From: Zancudomyces culisetae HAW-14-8 | Taxonomy: Eukaryota > Fungi > Kickxellomycota | DNA length: 64,000 nucleotides | NCBI GenBank assembly: GCA_052426225.1 | Contig: JBNJNM010000011.1 | Span: forward strand, 2,604,001-2,668,000 | Direction of reading: 5' to 3' | Shown: piece by piece, positions 59,610 to 64,000 of the stretch | Numbering within the stretch: position 1 is the stretch's first letter | Layout of the letters: the number at the start of each line of letters is the position of its first letter | Notes under the pieces: model-generated | Told to the model about the DNA's origin: nothing | Database searches by the model: none | What the model saw: only the letters and a program-made list of their open reading frames with translations | Program-made: the position numbers and the translations under genes

Positions 59610-60710
59610 CTATAGGATTGGGATTCTTTGGAATTTGAGAATATGCAGATTCTCCCGCCCAGCTCTGCGCGATGCAATAATCTGTTCATGATAGGTAAAC
59701 CGGTAATATTAGCCTATATCCATATACTTTAACTCCAATAATAACAAGTAAACCAAAAAAAAATACCTTTCCATGTAGGGAATACAAGTCTTTAAATGTT
59801 GCTATAACTTCCGATGGTCTATTCTGATCTACTAGTACAAGGTAAAATACTCCTTTTGCCGAAAGCAATTTCTATTTTGTAGTTTATCTGTATAAGTATC
59901 AATAGTCAAATATAAAAACCAAAGAATAAACGTTACATTAACATGCGGAAAAAAGTTATCCATAACTTCTCTGCCATCGACGCCACCCGCCCATGATGCA
60001 GCCATTAAACTTTCAACCATTTCTTTGTCTGATGAGCAATCCTTATCGCAGCCAATTCTGCTTGGTTCTGGTATTGCCTCCTCGGAGTCGGTTGGTACAT
60101 AAGGTGGGTTAAATACCAAAATGTCCACGGAGCCATAGATTCTACGATGCAAGCCAGAGGTGAAAAAAGAGCGTATAGTATCTATCCTATCACGCACACG
60201 CTCCACTGTCGCAGTTTTTAGAGTACATTCGCATGCCATCTTGTTTATGTCAAAACCAAACACAACTATTAGTATATTTATTCTAAAAACATTAGGATCG
60301 ATGATATCAGCTAATATTATATAGTGTGACTTACAAACCCTATATGGATCGAGGAGCTGGGCTAGAAAAGTAGAAACACAACCTGAGCCTGGCCTACGTT
60401 TTTTTTTCCAACTTTTGATTAATGTATGTATGCGATACCCCCTCCTATTTAGCGGTACTCTTGAAATAAATTTACTTGCCCTATTTCTGCACAGATTGTA
60501 GGTTCGATTTGTTTGATAAATCCTATCTCTGATTCCAGCGCATCCAGCAATAGAAAAGTGTCCTCTAGGTTAGCAAAATAATTTATTATGACCTTCTATA
60601 TTTCTTTTTAAATAAAAGGGTAGAAATATATTGTATCCTAGCTTACCTGCTGGTTCATACACAGTCTTGTACTCGACATTTTTGAGATGCAATGTGTCTG
60701 GGGTTTTCAT
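59610..60710 (-). CDS. MTQ2: HemK-family eRF1 glutamine methyltransferase Mtq2/N6AMT1, 6 exons
   Basis: Spliced MKTPDTLHL...VYEPA|EDTFLLLDALE...EIG|PGSGCVSTFL...DINKMA...FNPPYVPT...WAGGVDGREV...|KLLSAKGVFYLV...|IIASRRAGRENLHILKF; stop TAG at 59612-59610. Confidence 0.92.
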
Positions 60711-62070
60711 TTTGTAGACCGTTCGAAGCAAAATTCAAGATTAAGGATAACTGAAAAGGCGAATTATCTATAGAAGATTTCGGTAAAACCGGTACCTCTG
60801 TAAAAGTAGGATCGAATTGAGATTTACGAATGCGTTATAGAGAAGCTTTAACTAAAGCATTTGAAGAGGATAAAATACCCAGTCTTTGTTTTTTTTTTCA
60901 GTAAAAGAGTGAGAATTTTTTTAGGATTTGATTGATCCCTATTGTTCAATAAATGTAAATATTAGCAAATATTAAAATAAAATTCACGTGATGTAGAACA
61001 AAGAATTCTCTTTGATGTACTATGCAGTTGGTACCACTTTAATGCCAAAAGAAGAATCTAATAAAAGATTCTTGGCAGATATAGAAAGGATGAGAAAATT
61101 GACTAGTTTGTGACATCTCAAGCGTACCCCAAAGCTAGTTTAAAACCAGGTGCTAGAAGCATATATCATGTATCTATTTACCAAGCCATTGGTTATAACG
61201 CCCCTGTACAAAATAAAGGCGAGTAAAAGTAAAAAAGAATATACACGATGTGTCATAGTAAAACAGTGAGATTTTAGTGGATTCGAACAACCCCATACAT
61301 TAACCTGTGTATATAGCTATTTGCGGTTATGAGTATCCATGAGAACAAACAAGTGTAAAGTTATACACATCAGACCGTCATACATTTACATAGGAAAAAC
61401 ATTACCATACGTGGAGTAAGCTGCTAGAGCAAAAATAATAATGCCGACACCATACACGCTGTTTGTCTTTCCGTTCTTAGTTTCGTGCGAAACATGGTTA
61501 TAGTTGGCGTTATGAAGTATACTTGAACCACTACGCTATCTATCTGGCTGCATGCATTTTTTTTAAACCCCGCTTGGATGTATTACCAAGTAAAAATGTA
61601 GCAACAATCTAAAAACACTCGTTTACGCTCTTTTGCTCGTATTCTGGGCCTGCAAAGCTGCTTATATTTATGAATCGTTGTTAAAAGCGCAATCAATTGT
61701 TTTGTATTTCTTTTCCACGAACTGCTACGAAATTATTGTGTATCATATCCGTGATTCTTTTTTTTTTTTTTTTTGCAAAAACCAACCACATGAGTAAAAA
61801 CAGCAACAATCTAAACCTAGTTTTTAGATTTAAACATTTTACCGAACCTTCCAATATAATAAAGCGAAAAATTCACGAACTAATATTAGAAATTCCTCTG
61901 CACGAATTTCATTTTGTAGAGATTGGCTATAAAAAATTCGTGTAGATTTTAGAATGTTTTTTGCGTTTTTTTGTCTTGCTGGTATTTGGGCTTTCAAGTA
62001 AAATAGATTCGCACCACCAACGATCGCGGAAAGCAAAATACATGGAAAATAACATTTTCTCGATTTTTAC

Positions 62071-62088
62071 ATTCTTTCGCGCGTTTTT
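62071..62088. promoter_or_regulatory. Candidate G1/S element (overlapping E2F/SCB TTTCGCGC and MCB-core CGCGT) upstream of the TOS4-like gene
   Basis: attctttcgcgcgttttt, about 750 nt upstream of ATG 62836; additional CGCG/GCGGG words at about 62024 and 62373. Confidence 0.35.
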
Positions 62089-62835
62089 CAACTACGATGA
62101 ATTACAAAAAAAAAAGGTCGCAAGTTATTCATCCTGGTAACTAAAGGTGCGCTATGAAAAATCAGCGAGGTTTACCTTATTGAAAAAAAGGTAAAAAGGA
62201 ACAGGTAATATTACAACTGAATGAAAAGCAGTATGTAAAACATTATTAGAAAGCAATTGGATAACTCGTGGGGAGGTCAAAAAAGGGCCCCCAACCAGAC
62301 AAATAGGGCAAAATCAAAATAAAAAGGCTAAACATACCAATGTTCTGAACATTGTGATGCGCACCATGTTTTGCGGGAGCGAAAAATGGAAATGCAATTC
62401 AACATGTAAATAAGTTGGCGTATTTTTTATTTTTGTGGTTCAAAGTTGCAAAAAAAAAAACACCAGCAAACGTGGTGTGTTTAAAAATATCGATTTTGGT
62501 TTTGAATGTATACACTTGGATATTAAGTGGCCTAAAATTTCTTAACAACCTTTCGCTGTTACCACTTTTTTTTTTCCATTCAAAGCACTAGTATTTAAAT
62601 AGACAAAGAAAGTACATGTATCAATACTATACATACAAAAAAAAAGAGAATAAAATTAAAGTTATTGTAGTTTGAAAGTGTTAGTGCGCTCTAGTCTAGT
62701 CTATAAAAGGGGAAAGAACGAGAAAATTCCGCACAGTTGGTTTTCAGAGAAACAACAAAGGGGAGCGAGTTGAGCAAGCTATTATCAAAAATTGAATTTA
62801 ACTATAATACACAAAGACATACAGAAAGGGTGCAA

Positions 62836-64000
62836 ATGATAGAGACCAGTCACTATAGAGGTGCAATGGAAACATCCAGGGTGGTAAAGCCCAAGAGCAA
62901 ATACTCGCCACAATGCACTGCGGCTAGCGAGGAGAGACTAAGTGTGTACGGCAGTCATATTGTTCGCGAGCAGAATACGGTTATTTTCGGTAATGTAAAG
63001 GTGCCAGTAAAGCTGGGAAGGAGTTCGATGTGTGACTATCAGTTTACTGATGGAACATCTTACCTGAGCAGGTTGCACGCAATAATATTTTACAACGCAT
63101 CTCCAAACAAAGTAAAATACGACAAGAAAGGGTTTTACATTAATGTCATAGGGCTAAATGGCGTTAAGGTTAATGGGCGGCTTTTACTCAAGAACAAAGT
63201 GCACTTTCTGAAGGATGGTGACAAATTGGACTTTATCGGTAATACAATCGAATTCAGAGAACCGAAAAAGCATAAATCCAAAGGAAAGTCAAAAATGAAT
63301 GGACGTTCAAGGTTTAGCTTGGTAGATGAGTTTAACCTAGATTCAGATTTGGGATATGAACTTGAAAAAGAGCTAAATGAAGACGCCTTTGCTGCGCAGG
63401 AGCACCTGGCAGGGGATTATGAGACAGAACAAAGAAAACACCGGTCATATGATTTGGCCAATACATCAAGTATGACTTTGCTTCCCACGTCATCTCATAC
63501 CCCTTACGAATATCAGCGTTCCGATCCGCTTCTATCGTCTGTGTGCGAAAGTGCTGATTATATCGAAATAACAAAGCCGCTTTCCGGCTCTATTTCTCCA
63601 GCTTTCCTCGCATTGTCTTTGGACAAAGGCGTCACTAGCCCCAGATTAGTGGATGATGAACTATCTAGTTGCAAGATCAGCAAAAAGAGAAAGCGGGCTG
63701 GGTGTGGCCAAAATGTAACGAAAAAAAAATCAAAGGAGCTACAGGCTCAAGAAATATGTACAAAAGTTATGTTGTGTGGTGGTATCGTCGATATGCTTGT
63801 CGAAGCTGCAATCTTTTCAGGTCGCTCATCCACTCTTACAATCTCAGATATGATTAAATATCTATGTAAAACACACGGGTCGCTTGGGCAATTAGTGAGC
63901 TCGACGCAGGGGCTCAGTGATTACGAGCTGATGCCAGCAATCACTGAAAAACTGGGCGAGTTGCTGTTGTCGTGCAAGTTTTTTGGAAGAGTCGAAAGAA
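62836..64000 (+). CDS. TOS4: FHA-domain protein, Tos4/Plm2-like, 3'-truncated by the window edge (absent from the ORF track)
   Basis: Manual translation from ATG 62836: KLGRSSMCDYQF...LSRLHAII...VIGLNGVKVNG (FHA); acidic SSP-rich linker; C-terminal LVEAAIFSGRSSTL...SCKFFGRVER resembling the Tos4 C-terminal domain. Confidence 0.75.
   Translation, partial: MIETSHYRGAMETSRVVKPKSKYSPQCTAASEERLSVYGSHIVREQNTVIFGNVKVPVKLGRSSMCDYQFTDGTSYLSRLHAIIFYNASPNKVKYDKKGFYINVIGLNGVKVNGRLLLKNKVHFLKDGDKLDFIGNTIEFREPKKHKSKGKSKMNGRSRFSLVDEFNLDSDLGYELEKELNEDAFAAQEHLAGDYETEQRKHRSYDLANTSSMTLLPTSSHTPYEYQRSDPLLSSVCESADYIEITKPLSGSISPAFLALSLDKGVTSPRLVDDELSSCKISKKRKRAGCGQNVTKKKSKELQAQEICTKVMLCGGIVDMLVEAAIFSGRSSTLTISDMIKYLCKTHGSLGQLVSSTQGLSDYELMPAITEKLGELLLSCKFFGRVER

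Noticed and set aside
61265-61300. GTTCGAATCC (tRNA T-loop-like) on the minus strand
   Set aside because: The flanks do not form a T-stem or cloverleaf.
1-64000. Selenoprotein (in-frame UGA/SECIS), transposon or CRISPR signatures; recurrent GCTGAT promoter word
   Set aside because: No gene model here needs UGA read-through, no transposase/RT motifs or repeat-spacer arrays were seen, and GCTGAT does not appear more frequent than expected by chance for a hexamer.

Overview
AT-rich, gene-dense eukaryotic (fungal) genomic DNA with short spliceosomal introns. Complex I genes, BRCA2, HP1 and pacifastin-like secreted repeats suggest an early-diverging fungus, possibly Kickxellomycotina/Harpellales (insect-gut fungi); this assignment is inference only. 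About 24 protein-coding genes are present, mostly housekeeping: BRCA2/Brh2 (runs off the left edge), ERV1, importin-11, an SDR, a mitochondrial carrier, a tandem SCP2 protein, TatD, a twin-CX9C protein, NDUFA6, a sugar porter, an unknown HIHHW membrane protein, a Pho80-type cyclin, WDR59/MTC5, HP1/Swi6, CHO1, cyclin K/T, IDH1, RSP5, CIA30, RIX7, MTQ2/N6AMT1 and a TOS4-like FHA protein (runs off the right edge). The most unusual element is a pair of secreted paralogs sharing the same three-domain 6-4-6-cysteine pacifastin/VWC-like head. One is a 252-aa stand-alone protein (33161-33919). The other is a ~2700-aa protein (49252-57348) in which the head is followed by an RHKR convertase site and a Thr/Val/Ile-rich stalk built from ~3 copies of a 738-aa (2214-nt) macro-repeat with patchy homogenisation and no evident GPI signal. 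No tRNA, rRNA, CRISPR array or transposon was recognised.
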